The position numbers and the translations under genes were made by a program. From Lytechinus pictus (taxonomy: Eukaryota), in assembly GCF_037042905.1 (NCBI RefSeq), contig NC_087250.1, forward strand, positions 5,396,001 to 5,460,000: DNA of 64,000 nt, given 5' to 3'. The notes beneath the pieces are model-generated. The model made no database searches. It was given only the letters and a program-made list of their open reading frames with translations, and was not told the DNA's origin. Every line of letters starts with the position of its first letter. The first letter of the stretch is position 1. This document shows positions 1 through 12,865 of this stretch, one piece after another.

Positions 1-1122
1 CATGTGGTATCTATATGGGCGAAGTGGCATAATTATGGATCGACTGAGCCCAGATAGAAACATATAAAACCCATATGGGCCCCATGTGGTATCTATATGG
101 GCGAAGTGGCATAATTATGGATCGACTGAGCCCAGATAGAAACATATAAAACCCATATGGGTTTTCCCACCTAGAACCCACATAATAAAACCATATAGGC
201 CCCATGTGGTATCTATATGGGCGAAGTGGCATAATTATGGATCGACTGAGCCCAGATAGAAACATATAAAACCCATATGGGGCCCATATGGGTTTTCCCA
301 CCTAGAACCCACATGATAAAACCATATGGGCCCCATGTGGTATGTATATTGGTGAAGTGGCATAATTATGGATCGACTGAGCCCAGATAGAAACATATAA
401 AACCCACATAGGGCCCATATGGGTCCTCCCACGAATCCATATAATAAAACGATATGGGCCCCATGTTGTTTCCATATGGGCGGTGTGGCTTATCGCCTGA
501 TCCCAGATAGAGACATATCTAACCCATATGGGGCCTATATGGGTCTTCCCAACTAGAACCTACGAAGTAAAACCATATGGGCCCCACTTTGTATGTATAT
601 AGGATCGCTTGAGCCCAGAAAGATATGGGCCCTATATATTGGTCCTACCTGAAACAAAAAAAATAAGTAAACCATATGGGCCCTATGCGCCATCTATAGG
701 GGCGGTGTGATTTAAAACCATATGGGCCCCACTTTGTATGTATATGGGATCGCTTGAGCCCAGAAAAATATTGGCCCTATATATTGGTCCTACCTGAAAC
801 AAAAAAAATAAGTAAACCATATGGGCCCCATGCGCCATCTATAGGGGCGATGTGATTTATCGCCTGAGCCCAGATAGAGACATATCAAACCCATATGGGG
901 CCCATATGGGTCCTCCCACGAACCCACATTATAAAACCATATGGGCCCCATGTGGTATCTATATGGGCGATGTGTCTCATCGCCTGAGCCCAGATAGAAA
1001 CATATCAAACCCATATTGGCCCCATCTGGGTTCTACCTAGAACCTTTGAAATAAAGCCATAGGCTCCATGTGGTATCTATATGGGCGGTGTGGCTTATCG
1101 ACTAAGCCAAGATTGAGACATA
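1..1122. repeat. Satellite-like tandem array rich in CCATATGG/GGGCCC palindromes (units ~85-130 bp), probably the subterminal array of a non-autonomous DNA transposon; runs off the window start
   Basis: Repeated unit catgtggtatctatatgggcg...ctgagcccagatagaaacatat...cccatatggggcccatatggg. The short ORFs here are translations of the repeat. Confidence 0.85.
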
Positions 1123-1158
1123 TTCATCATCATCATCCGTTAAAGTACAGTCCACCAG
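1123..1158 (-). mobile_element. Extreme 3' end and (GAT)n tail of the LINE fragment at 12453-12865, separated from it by the Harbinger insertion
   Basis: Minus strand reads ctggtggactgtactttaacgGATGATGATGATGA. It joins the LINE 3' UTR at 12452 through the shared ACCWGGT target site. Confidence 0.65.
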
Positions 1159-1384
1159 GGCCCCGTTGCATAAAATTTTTGCCAGAGTTTTTTACGGCAA
1201 AAAATCAGGAAACTACGGCAAAAAAAAAATTGCCGGAGTTTTCCATTGCATAAAACTTTGCCGGATTTTTTTACGGCAAAACTAGCTCCTGTACCAACGG
1301 CAAAGTCCTAAAAACTCCGGCTAAACTATTTCAAACTAAATTCAAGGCGGCTGCTCAGGATATGTTCCAAGTACCATATACAGT

Positions 1385-1453
1385 ATTCACCTGTCTACGG
1401 CTTCAAGAATAATTAGAAGGGTGACATAAGCCTTGTATCGGCTACGCAATAAG
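1385..1453 (+). pseudogene. Harbinger transposase exon remnant (N-terminal HTH region)
   Basis: Translates IHLSTASRIIRRVT*ALYRLRNK followed by a GTAATT donor. Resembles the STxSRIIxxVTxAL motif of Harbinger/HARBI1-like transposases. Confidence 0.7.
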
Positions 1454-3755
1454 GTAATTACAGAAAATTTCATTTAATTTAGCAATGATAGGGCCTAGGA
1501 AGGTCTAGATTTTAAGTGAAGTGGGGGGAAGAATAGTTGGTGGTTTAAATATCTAAAATTTATTAATCCTGTGACAGCTCAATAATAAAAATCTTTTTAG
1601 ATAGAATCTAGTTCTAGTTTAAGTAAATCTATATGTTTATAGTGTTTTTGAAAAGTTATGCTGTGAATAGAGCGATGCAGTTGGACTTAACCCTTTAAAT
1701 TACTCAAAACATAAGGCTTTAAAGTTGAACTTGAACTTAGACAGTCTGCTCTTTTTTTTGCTACCGTGACCATTATCGCCAGAGCCTCCGGCTGGCGAGT
1801 TGGCCGCTGGATCAACCTCTATGCGATATGCGACGATGTGTTGTTGGAGTACCTCCTAAGCCGCCTCTATTTTTGCTGTTTTTTTACCATTTAACCATCT
1901 TTATAAATCAAAATATTTACAAGTTCTATAAAACATTCCAAGAAATACTACCCTAAATCAACTGAAATACTCAGAAGTATGAGCTAACCTTATTTTAACG
2001 ATTGAACAGACTTGTACTGCATGTACAGTTTTACGAGGAAAACTTGAATAGCAGTCGATACGGCCTAGTCCCACACTTGCAAAAATAAGTTGGAACTTCA
2101 AAGTAAGATTAGGACGCGCTCAATGCCCTGGCCTGGGCTCATCGCTCAATCTTAATTTCTCACCTTTGATAGTCTCATTTTTCTTTACCAGGTCATAAAA
2201 ACTGGGTGATGATTGAGAAGGAGGGGCATGCCGGAGGAGGTCTAACTTTCACTCAGAACAGACCTAACTTATATTTTTCTTCCCCGTCGCTCGGCTCGCT
2301 CCAGTCCAAGACAGAAGACGATCGAGCACGTAAACAAAATGGGAAATGAAATATGCGACTGATATATTTATAAAAACTTACCCTTTATAGTACAGTGACC
2401 CCAAATTTGTGTGGAGTCCTTTTAATTTCACACTTATTTCTACATGTATATAATAGAAGGCTGGGAATAAAACGTAATAAAGTTAAAAAAAAATAGCCAT
2501 CATCGAAAGTTCCTTAAAAAACGAACGGGGACAACTGAGAGCTATGTTTTTCTTTTTTTTTGGTGGTTGCTTTATAAAACCCGGGAATAAAACTAAATTA
2601 ATGATAACCTCCATGATGGGACGAAACTGTCCCCGAACATCTGACACGCAATGATAGGGGAAGAGAGAGATAGCAAGAGGGGGATTATTCTGGAAGGGGG
2701 GTGGGGGGTAAACAGCCTAGGCCTACACAATGTATTTACATTGGATGAAAATATGTATATCCAAATTATTTGACAAGGTACAAATAATTAAATTCATCAA
2801 TTCAATCGCACCTCCCCCTCCTCAATGCCATTATTGAAAACATAATATTTTTAGATAAAGTGGAGGAAAACATTTTGTATCACATTGCCTATGATATTTC
2901 AAAAAGGTTCTTTTTTGTTGTTGTTGCTTTCTTGGCAATGTTAACAATCTTTCCAAAATATCAAAATTAGTAATTTCATAAAACATAGATCCATTAATAC
3001 ATAAATCATTAACATCACCAGGCTTGTTCCTTTTTAGTGCCCCATAATACTTCAATCAGACCATAGTGTTGAAGGTGGGGGCAATATACGGGGGGGGGGG
3101 GGCAAACAAGACTTGATGTTTTTCTTGGTAATATTTTTATGTAACAATAAAAAATATTTTCCTTTATGGGCAACCAGGGATGGTGAATTGTAATTTTATA
3201 GTCAGAGGCCAACCGAAAGGTTAAATTATTTTTTTCTACAGTCAATTAGAATATCAGTCACACAACTCAGACGTCTCTCTCTTTATCATTTTTTTTTCTT
3301 CCTCTTCTCTCTACCTTTCTCCTTTTTTAAACAATTCAATTCTCAATTATCATATATTTAAAATAATCTAATTAGCAATTGAGAATTGGGAACACATCAC
3401 TTAATAAGAACAGTTTTCTTTTCTCAATTAAATTAGTCACACAACTCAGACGTCTCTTTCTTAATACTTTCTTTCTTTTTCTATCACTTCTCTCGCAATT
3501 TATCCTCTTTTAAACAATTCATTTCTCATAGAATTATACATTTAAAATAATTGTATTCGCAATCACTTACTAAGAACAGTCAGAGTGACAGTCCAAAGAA
3601 CTCATTATGAACAATTATAATACTTTGAATTTAATTGAAAATAATTCTTATCAAGTCATATTCTAATTTCAATGCTAACAGTATCCCATACCCTTGTATG
3701 CGTATTGAAAGATGTGATTGAATGTTGACAAAGTCCCTTTTCTTTAAATCAACAG

Positions 3756-3891
3756 AACAGTGCCATTGGATAACGTTTTGCAGATGGCGAATTGCAAGGC
3801 ATCCTGTTGGGCAATGCATGATATAGAGTGGAACCAAGGCTAATGACACCAGTGTGAGATCCACAAACAATGCTGACAGATCATAAAACAG
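3756..3891 (+). pseudogene. Harbinger transposase catalytic-domain exon remnant
   Basis: After a polypyrimidine-AACAG acceptor: NSAIG*RFADGELQGILLGNA*YRVEPRLMTPV*DPQT. This is a decayed LLGDSGYxLxPWLMTP motif with three stops. Confidence 0.85.
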
Positions 3892-4147
3892 ACTTGCAAG
3901 ATGAACATGTATAAATAAACTTTAAAACTGTTCTTGCACAGGGATTCCCATTAAGATTTCAGAACCTAAATTTTTATGTTGCATTGCAAGGCATTTGTTC
4001 AAATTTTACCAAAGTATTGAATGAATAACATTATTTTCTATCTACTGAGATGAGAATAAAGTTCAAGTTTAACTTTCTCAATCCTGAAGAATGTAGTCTT
4101 TGTCATTATTTTGTTCAAAATTATGAGGCAATGACATCAACAACTTA

Positions 4148-4302
4148 TGCCTTGGTCACATTCGCCGGCCTGTGACCTTACGGCGAGTCGAAATCAGCCA
4201 TTTTACTCATCCTTGTACCAGCTTCATGTAGGTGGTTCGTATTGTAACACATAAAACGGCTTATTTCTACTCGCCGTAAGGCCACCAAATGTGACCTAGG
4301 CA
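4148..4302. mobile_element. Tourist/Harbinger-like MITE
   Basis: TIR TGCCTTGGTCACATT / AATGTGACCTAGGCA, inner inverted repeat CCTTACGGCGAGT / ACTCGCCGTAAGG, TTA/TAA flanks. Confidence 0.75.
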
Positions 4303-6464
4303 TAACTCATTTTCATATTACTTGCTAAAATATATGCTTTTAGAAATTTCCAAAGCTCAAGGTGATTTTACTTCATTTTCTAAAGAAAATATACAACAGG
4401 TTTTCAGTCTACTCATTTCTTCCTTTGAGGTGTTTCTGCAGTTCAAGTTTTACTAAAAAGTCTGCAGATGATGTAAACATCTAATAGAATAATTTCAATA
4501 TTAATTCATGAAGAATATATGTAGCACTGAAGCTACTATTTTTAGAGTTGACAGAAAAGATGAATTCACAAAACCCAACATAGCCTGGTTTATTTTTAAA
4601 TGTGCAATTTGCTTCTTAAAAAAAACAATAGCGGCAGCAAACAATTCTTTTTGATGAATATTGTTCTTAAAATTTCTCAAACATTTCATTTATTTAATTT
4701 TCAATGGAAATTGTTTGAGACTCTATCATAAATAACATGAAATTAATTATTTTAATCAGTATTACTGCCATGAAACAATCTTGCCCAATCTCCGTAACAT
4801 AGATAATGCTGTATGGATTTCTACCAATAAAAATATTTTTGTTCATATTTTGCTTAAGTTAAAGCTGCATGGAGCTTTTTAGCAGGAAACCAAGCGAACA
4901 TCATAAAAAAGGTGGAGTATATGCACCGATAAGTAGTTGATGCCTTCTGTAAAATTCAGCAAGAGTTGCTCAGAACACAGGTTATATTTATTGTAGATGT
5001 TAATGGACATCAGTAGTAAAATACAGAACAAAAAAATGCAGAGGAAGTTGAATTGTTCAATATTACTTCTATTTTCCATTAACAAAACTGCTGCAAACAA
5101 TTGTGGATAATTTTAAAATCATCATGGATGATTTTAAATGTTTGCAGCATAGCTTGCTGCATTCTGAGCGTCTCCTGCTGAACTTGCTGCAGATCCATGC
5201 TCCTGGTACTTGGTGTGCTGGTCATAACAGGAAGAGCACCTTCTCTTCTCTTATGCTGGGTGTCATCTTGGTGTCCTACACAATGAACTACCGGTAGACC
5301 CCATCAACCCTGGATGTCAATGGTGCCTCGGGAACAGCTTGAGGCTCCGCCCTAACCTCCTCTCTTCCTCTGGCTTCCCCATGTCCAGAAGCAGGCTGCC
5401 TAATGTGAAAGCTGCACATCAGGAAAAAAAAATTTGACTTAACTTTAATGACATTTTCAACCATTCCGCATTATTTTTTTTCCAAAAAAATTGACTTACT
5501 ATGATTCAATATTTTCTATATCATTTTAAAAACTTTAAATCATTTACCAACTCTGAACGAAATCCCTCAAGCTGACAATAAATAGTAGTTGTTAGCTACT
5601 TACTATACCTTGCTGAAATTTTCATGAGGAAAGAAAAACTGTCCCCTTTAAAATTCAGATTTAATTAATTCAAAATGAATGATAGGAATTCTATGGGTTA
5701 GGGATGATTATTCTAGGTTTTTAAAAAAGTGAATTTTTCATTGTAAACCAGTTCACCTATTTCTATAGGGAGATCCATCTTGTACAAATTTCTATCGAAA
5801 TTATGCTAATTTCTCGAGAAAATGAATGAAATAATATAGCAAAAAGCGAAAATTAATAAAAGATCCTTAAGTATATTTATTTTAAATTTTGTTCTGCATC
5901 TGTGTGATAAATCTTTTAGGTAAAACTAACCAGTTGCTCAGATGCCTCGGTCTCTGTCTCCAGGCCATTGACCCAATGCTTGGCCTTGTTCCTCATGGCT
6001 GCCAGCACAATTTCCATTTTGACTTCACCTAAAGATTTAACAAAGTGCAGTAATGCCACAATTATAAATGTTCTCGTTGCAAACAGGGATCACAGCAGAA
6101 GGATCTTAAAAGTGGAGTGAACATCACCAATAAACTATGAAGGGTGATTTTGACTCGCCTCACCCCAGGCACAGATCCAAAAATTTCCAAAAGGAGGGGC
6201 ACTTTTGTCCGGAAATGTTGACAACCCAAAAAAAAAAAGGTTATCACTTGCATATATACACGGTACTTTCAACAATTTTTTTTTGGAGAAGAAGAATACT
6301 TGTTTTTTAATTTAGAATTTAGCCATGACACCAATCCATCCTTAACCCGTTGAGGATCATGGGGGTACATTTGTAAGTTTCGAAATTTATGCATTCACCA
6401 TTGCCACATCAAAAGATAAAAATATTAAACACACAAATTTTCCAATTATCTCTGGTGAATTTTT

Positions 6465-6775
6465 ACATTTGACCTTGTGACCCCCAAATATAACCTGATC
6501 ATTGTCACTCCCAAATGTTTATTTGCCAAGTTGAAGTTGAACCATCAAAGGGTTCTTTATTTATCACAGGAACGATGTATATTCAGTGAACAAGGCATGT
6601 CACCTTTGACCTTGATACCCTCAAAATAATCAAAGTAATATCAATCCTACATGCATACTTGGACAAAGTTTGAAATCAAACTGTTCTTTACTTATCATAA
6701 TTATTTAAGACAGGATGGCCAGACAACCCAAAAACCTGCCCTCGGCCCCACGTCCAATGGGTGGAGGTAAAACAA
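6465..6775 (-). mobile_element. Fragment of a Helentron/DINE-like non-autonomous element
   Basis: TGACCTT(T)GACC units like those of the 50327-51238 element, plus a gaca-type short-repeat end. Confidence 0.4.
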
Positions 6776-7317
6776 TTCTAGATATATATACAAAATAAAA
6801 TTTAAGTGATCTTTAATTCTTTCTTGATGCATATAAAACATATTCTTAACTCTTATAAATAAAAATACATACCCGTCTTTGTCTGATTCCTAGCGTAATC
6901 ATTCACTCTTTTGTTAGATCCCTCCAAGACCGCCTCAGGTTGGAGGCAGTCCGACCTGGGCAGCCAATAGCATCTCCACCCAGGCTCTCTGTCTGGTTTC
7001 TGCAAACCTTTATTTAAAATGCAAACACAAACAAATCATAAAATAGGTATATGCTATATATCAATTGAAAAGACACTCTGCACTTTATGTCAAGAATGTC
7101 TAAATTTATTTGACAAAAATCTCATTTCATGGCATATCATTAATATTATTTTTCTACTCTGTAAGTTATCAAAAATTAAAATTGCAATCTATTGATGTAA
7201 CTAGAGTTCAATTTGGGAATTTATAAGAAAGATGTGTTGTACTCTTTCACAGTTTTATTCCATGGAAATCTAAATCCAAACTTGTAATCGTAAGAAAATA
7301 AGATTTCATCGTTTTCA

Positions 7318-9388
7318 ATGGACATATCAAAGAATCGGGTTGAAGTAAAGAATATCCAAAAACTAATAAAAGAAAAGGTCAAGTCGTGCAAAAGTTTGTA
7401 TAAAGAAAAGATTGAAAGAAGTTTCAAGGATAATGACCCGAAAACTGCATGGAAAACTCTACAAAATGTAACTAACTACAAAACAAAACAAGGGGTACCC
7501 CAATCAACTGTGTGTCAATCTTTTGTAGATAATCTAAATGAATTCTATTGCAGATTCGATAGGGAAGATTTTTCGTTTGAGAACAACGAACTAGCAAGGA
7601 AATTAAAAGGATAAAAGATGGATGAATACGACAGCAATAGAATTGTTTTGACGGAACATGACGTAAGAGTGTTGTTAGGTCGCGTAAAGGTCAACAAGTC
7701 ACCCGGTGCAGATTGTATCCCGAATAAAGTTTTGAAAACATGTAAAGACCAGCTCGCTGGTATTTTCAGACAACTGTTTCAAATCGCCCTCGACTGTGGA
7801 GTTATTCCGGAACTTTGGAAAACATCATCCATAGTTCCTATTCCAAAAATCAAGAACCCGGTTGATATGAATGATTATCGACCGATTGCGTTAACATGCA
7901 GTATAATGAAATGTTTCGAGAAACTGATGTTAAAATGTCTGTTGAAACAAACAGAGGCCCACTTAGATCCATTACAGTTTGCTTATAGATCAAACAGGGG
8001 AGTAGAAGATGCAGTTCTACTGCACTTACACAAAACATTGTCTCATTTAGATAAGTCTAAAACGTATGTGCGATCGACATTTATCGATTTTTCAAGTGCA
8101 TTTAACACTTTGGTTCCACATCTGCTAATTCAGAAACTAGATGAATATAATGTTGATCCACAATTATCACTTCTACTTCTTGACTTTTTGATGAACCGAC
8201 CACAAATGGTTAAAGTTGGACAGATTAAGTCAGGTGTTAGTTCAGTTAATGTCGGGGTACCCCAAGGATGTGTTCTTTCCCCAGCTCTGTTCTCATTATA
8301 TACAAGCGACTGTGTTAGCACAAATAATGAATGTTTGATTATTAAGTACGCTGATGATACCGTAATATCTGGGTTCCTTTCCGTGGATGCAAACCGCTAT
8401 TTCTCTGAAGTATCACATTTCGTCAAATGGTGTGACACTCATCATTTGCTTTTAAATGTAGGAAAAACAAAAGAAATAATCATTGACTTTAGAAGAAATG
8501 TTACTGAGCACATGCCACTCGAAATACATGGAAAGCCCATTGAACAGGTCAAGAAATACAAGTACCTTGGTACCACAATCACGAATACTCTTGACTGGAC
8601 TGAAAACACAATCTCAATTCAAAAGAAGGCAAATCAAAGACTCTTTTTCATTCGCCAACTCAAAAAGCTCCATTTGGATAGGTCGATTTTGTCCCTGTTT
8701 TACAAGTCTATTATCCAGTCAGTTGTAATGTTCAATATAATTTGCTTCTATAGCAACCTTACTAAATCGAACAAAGAGAAGCTTGAACGCCCACGGAAAA
8801 TTGCCCAGAAAATAATCGGTCTTGAATTACCCCCAATTGAAATTCTGTACAACGAGAGATTACTGGCTAAAGTTGAGGCTATCTTAAAAGATCCATCTCA
8901 CCCTCTACACTGCTATTATAACTTCAATAGGTCTGGTGTACGCCTCTGTGTCTCCCGTACTAACAGAGTACGTTTTAGGCAGTCATTCGTCCCCAATTCT
9001 CAACATGTGTTTAATAGTACAGTTGTCAGATAGAATGGGGAATTGCACTTAGCTTACTGTGAACCCCGCCCCTTTTAATACTCACCTTTAATTTACTGTC
9101 TCGCAAAACTCGTTCCACCCCCCCCCTACGTATTCGGGCTGGAGATGGAATCACAAACCAATTAATATTTGAATAATTAATCAATTTATACATATGCAAT
9201 TGTACTTTTTTCTATTATATTTGAAATAACGTATACGGCATTTTGTTTGTGTATGTAATCCAACGGTATTGTAAGTCTATTTCATTCTGTCTATGTGCAT
9301 ATGTATTTGTAATTTTGTAAACCCGATGTGAAATGAATTTCCTACACAGGACAATAAATACATTCAATTCAATTCAATTCAATTCAAT
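7318..9388 (+). mobile_element. 5'-truncated non-LTR retrotransposon (Rex/Babar-like) inserted in an intron of the Harbinger Myb-like gene
   Basis: In-frame ORFs 7318-7614 and 7618-9033 separated by one TAA. 3' UTR ends in AATAAA followed by an (ATTCA)n tail at ~9360-9388. Confidence 0.9.
7618..9033 (+). CDS. Reverse transcriptase (LINE ORF2 C-terminal part; endonuclease missing)
   Basis: Motifs YRPIALT, LDPLQFAYR, FIDFSSAFNT, GVPQGCVLSP, KYADD, YKYLG. Confidence 0.92.
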   Translation: MDEYDSNRIVLTEHDVRVLLGRVKVNKSPGADCIPNKVLKTCKDQLAGIFRQLFQIALDCGVIPELWKTSSIVPIPKIKNPVDMNDYRPIALTCSIMKCFEKLMLKCLLKQTEAHLDPLQFAYRSNRGVEDAVLLHLHKTLSHLDKSKTYVRSTFIDFSSAFNTLVPHLLIQKLDEYNVDPQLSLLLLDFLMNRPQMVKVGQIKSGVSSVNVGVPQGCVLSPALFSLYTSDCVSTNNECLIIKYADDTVISGFLSVDANRYFSEVSHFVKWCDTHHLLLNVGKTKEIIIDFRRNVTEHMPLEIHGKPIEQVKKYKYLGTTITNTLDWTENTISIQKKANQRLFFIRQLKKLHLDRSILSLFYKSIIQSVVMFNIICFYSNLTKSNKEKLERPRKIAQKIIGLELPPIEILYNERLLAKVEAILKDPSHPLHCYYNFNRSGVRLCVSRTNRVRFRQSFVPNSQHVFNSTVVR

Positions 9389-10395
9389 TAAAGGAAAAAA
9401 AAATCAAAATCAATAATAATTTTCAAAGAATAGCAAGAGGTAATTAAATGAACTTAACTATTATTGATTCAGGTCTACACAATCACTAGCGTAGCCAGGT
9501 GAGATTAGGTACAATTTCAATTTTTTTTTTTTTTTTTTTTTGGGGGGGGGGTTGTATAAATTGAATAATCAACATGAGGATTCTTATTCATTTCAAATTT
9601 GCCTGAAACAATTTTTTTTTTCTTTCAAGAAGACGAAACCTGTTAAAAAAATTGCACTTTATAACTACTCATGTTCGAAATTATCAGGCAGTAATTACTT
9701 CTTCTTCACTTTGAGAAACTTTGCATCAAGATTACCAACATAAATGATAAGCCTGTCTATAAATACTTAAAATGGTAGCAATTAGAATTTTGGCTAATTT
9801 GAAATTAAGCTGTATATCTTACCCTTTTACATGGTGATTGCTTACCAACAGCCTTGCGTGGTTTCTTCTCAAAAAGTCACACATGCACGTGAGTTGCTCC
9901 AGTGTATATACCTCAGCAATTTAAGCTGTTAAGATATTGAATGAGAAAATAAATGATCCTATTAGAAAGTCACGAATTAAGACTAGATAAAGCCATACAA
10001 ATATTTGCATTGAGATTACTTTCAGTATAAATTATCAAATGAATATATACTAATATGTTTGTGGTGAATTTAACCATTAGTAGGATAGGAAATTTTGATG
10101 GTTGATTCCAATTGTTGGGCTTACTGTATTACAGCGATTCAAACTTAACAGAAGAAAATTAGCTCAGTACAAAATGGAAACAATTATTTGGATTGATCAT
10201 TGAAATTCCCTTTAAGATGATAAATAACCTAAAGGGATTAGTTCCTTTCATCAACATAATTTAGATATGCAAATTTATATGAACTTAAAATATCCAAAAC
10301 TGCAATTTTTAAATAATTTTTTACTTTCTATCTTAAACAAATAATCAATGATGTAATATGCAATTGAGACCAAAATCAAATGTCTAGCCCCTTAA

Positions 10396-10644
10396 CCCTA
10401 CATCTCCCCGCGTATTTTGATTCTTGTCATTCCCGGGGGGACCATTATGCCCCCCCCCCCTTAAGATCTCAGCGTAATGTTGTAACCGCGTACCCGGTCG
10501 TCACAAATTTGGTCTCAAAATTTGTGCGAGACTTGAAAGTAAAAAGTCATTGAGCGGCGAGGTCAAACAATTTTGCGCAGCAGATATATCGCGAAAATTG
10601 TCGAGGGGGGGGGGGGCCCATTATGCCCCCCCGGAGAATAAGTG
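10396..10644. mobile_element. piggyBac-like MITE
   Basis: TTAA on both flanks, CCCT start, degenerate TIR, internal direct repeat ccattatgcccccc. Confidence 0.55.
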
Positions 10645-12452
10645 TTAAAAACCAATGTAATGCATGTTAAATACTAACGAATACAACAATCCCATAGTCT
10701 CCATTCGGCTAAAAAATTACATTATATATAATTTGTTTCTCTGCGAGAATTTTTTTTTTAGAAAAGATTTTCAAGATTTCTACTTTAATGGTCATCTGAT
10801 CCTTAATTTCAATTAATAGAAATAAATTGCAAAGAGTGTTGGATTATAACAAGCTTTAAATTGAGACCAATTTTTAATCTCTAACCACTGTATAGATTCA
10901 CGTTCACTGGCGTACAATTTTTTTTTTTTTTTTTGGGGGGGGGGCCTTGGGGGCCATGGGGTAGACTATGGACCCTCTAAAATTTTCAAAAACAAAATAA
11001 AGGGGGTGAAAAAAATAAAAGACAAAGGAGCAGGCAGGAGTGAAATATATATTTGTTTTATCCAACACAAATTTCGATTTTTGTATTTAAAAAAAAAGGT
11101 AAACATTTTGGATCGCTCAGTTTTTATTTAAAAAAAATTTGCCCCCTACGCCATTGTCAGTGTCAGGCCCCCTCAAAATTTTTGGCACATTACGCTAAGT
11201 ACTGTTCATGATCATGGTGTCACAAATTCATGAGGGGGGTCATAGCAAATCTAGGAGAAGGGGGTCAAATGGGTGGAGTGCCTCCCCCTATTTTATTTCA
11301 ATTTTTTTAAAGGGATAAATTAAAGGCAAAGCCTCCATTCAGAGTTGTCAAAATTTTTGGATCGCAGCACTGTAGGCCCTAGTGCCAATTGCGCCCTATA
11401 CTAAGTAAAGACACAGGCTCTGGATCTACGCCTGGTAACAGAGAGTCTATGCGCCAACAATCAATCTGCCTCTAGGGGAGTCTAGCTCTACGGCTACGCA
11501 CCTTTTTTAAGGGCCTACATACACCAAGTACATGCACCTCACTCAGCCTCAGGGCCAGGGGCTTCGCGGTGGAGCCCGCAAGCTAACTGACTGAAGTCTC
11601 AACATCTTTAAGAAAAAGTTAATTTAGATTTAGAATGTGGATTCTAGGCCAAAGTTAGATCTGAAAGTTCGATCTAACTGTTGTTGTTAGGCCTAGGCCC
11701 TAGAATCTAACCAACTTCAATTCAACTTGTCTGACTTGGTGACGACCGACAGTGACGGTGGTCCAAAGTTTGCAACTTTGCATTCAATTCTAACATGAAA
11801 AATTGATTTAAACAACATGAAATTTTCATGTACTAATACTAATCATAATGTAGAATATGTTATAATAGCAAGGGAAATACGATAAATCAATAAATAAGCT
11901 TTCCAAACGTGTCGATGCAGTTGGTGATTTCAGCTGTTTGCGCACCAAGTGCGACCAGCGCGGTCACATCACCATGCCGAAGCTCCGGCGGCAATAGACA
12001 TGGCCGAGACGCTGACCCTGCAGACGCTTGCGACACAAAAATGGGACGATTCAAACGTGTAAAAATAATCGTGAATCTCACTTTCACGGTGCGAGCACGG
12101 ATTCAAAACAATACACAGATATTTTTGCAAATAATTAATCGACTTATAATGATAAAAATAGCAAATATCCACACATTTCATTAAAAAAGTATCAAGCTTA
12201 CGTTCTGTGGAGTCTCCATGATTTTTTCAACAGCCGCAGATACCGATCGCGAAATCGGCTGATATCGGCGTGCATCCTCGTCCAAGGTTATTCATTCTTA
12301 AAAAACTCTGGCAATTATTAAAAAGTTTGCCAGAGTTTTTTTGCCATGAAATGTTGACCGAATTTGAAGCTCTGGCAAAAAACTAAGGTTTTCGCCATAG
12401 AAAAACTATGGCAAAAATAAGTCTGGCAAAAGTTTTATGCAACGGGGCCCTG

Positions 12453-12865
12453 GTAGGTGTATCATCGTACTTGTAGAATTATGTGCAGTCTTAGCGCAAT
12501 TGGATTATCTGCACCTCAGCCTTGAAACTGGCTACTGAAGTGCAGTTAACTGTAATGGCAGGGAGAGTATTCCACAGTCTAATGGCATCAGGAATAAAAG
12601 TTTTCTGATAAGTAACAGTGCGAGCATGTGGGACGTGTGACCTCATCTGATGACCACGAAGCGAAGTGGAAGTAGCAGCCTGGTTGAAGTACTGTACCTT
12701 TGGTACATCAACAATTGTGTTTACCAAGCGATAAACCATCACCACCCTGAACTGGGCTCTTCTCTCTTCAAGTGTGGGCCACTGTAGCTGTCGTAGCATA
12801 TCTGTGACACTACTAGTGCGACGATGGTCTCCCATGGTGAATCTAGCATATCGTCGCTGCACCAT
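12453..12865 (-). mobile_element. Short 5'-truncated LINE fragment (ORF2 C-terminus plus 3' UTR)
   Basis: ORF 12491-12865: VQRRYARF..SVTDMLRQLQWPTLEERR..TFIPDAIRLWNTLP, a typical CR1-group ORF2 C-terminus. Confidence 0.85.

Larger units (their letters stand above)
5100..12219 (-). pseudogene. Multi-exon Myb/SANT-like DNA-binding partner gene of the Harbinger element, convergent with the transposase
   Basis: GT-AG bounded exons: ~12202-12219 (METPQN); 9823-9925 (YTLEQLTCMCDFLRRNHARL); 6873-7007 (ETRQRAWVEM..RTASNLRRSWRDL..NQTKTG); 5931-6028 (EVKMEIVLAAMRNK.., in phase with the previous exon); ~5100-5411 (coiled-coil-like MDLQQVQQETLRMQQAML). Frameshifts present. Confidence 0.75.
1159..12449. 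mobile_element. Decayed autonomous-type PIF/Harbinger DNA transposon (~11.3 kb including nested insertions)
   Basis: TIR GGCCCCGTTGCATAAAA at 1159 and its reverse complement ending at 12449. Subterminal TTGCC/GGCAA repeats at both ends. CAG/CTG (CWG) flanks in an ACCWGGT context. Internal transposase and Myb-like exons. Confidence 0.9.

Noticed and set aside
1..1122. CRISPR-like regular repeats, also at 15500-16200 and 55320-55880
   Set aside because: Units are contiguous tandem copies without unique spacers, no cas genes are present, and the context is eukaryotic.
11887..12184. GC-rich overlapping ORFs as a host gene
   Set aside because: No recognisable domain; they lie within a predicted intron of the Harbinger Myb-like gene.
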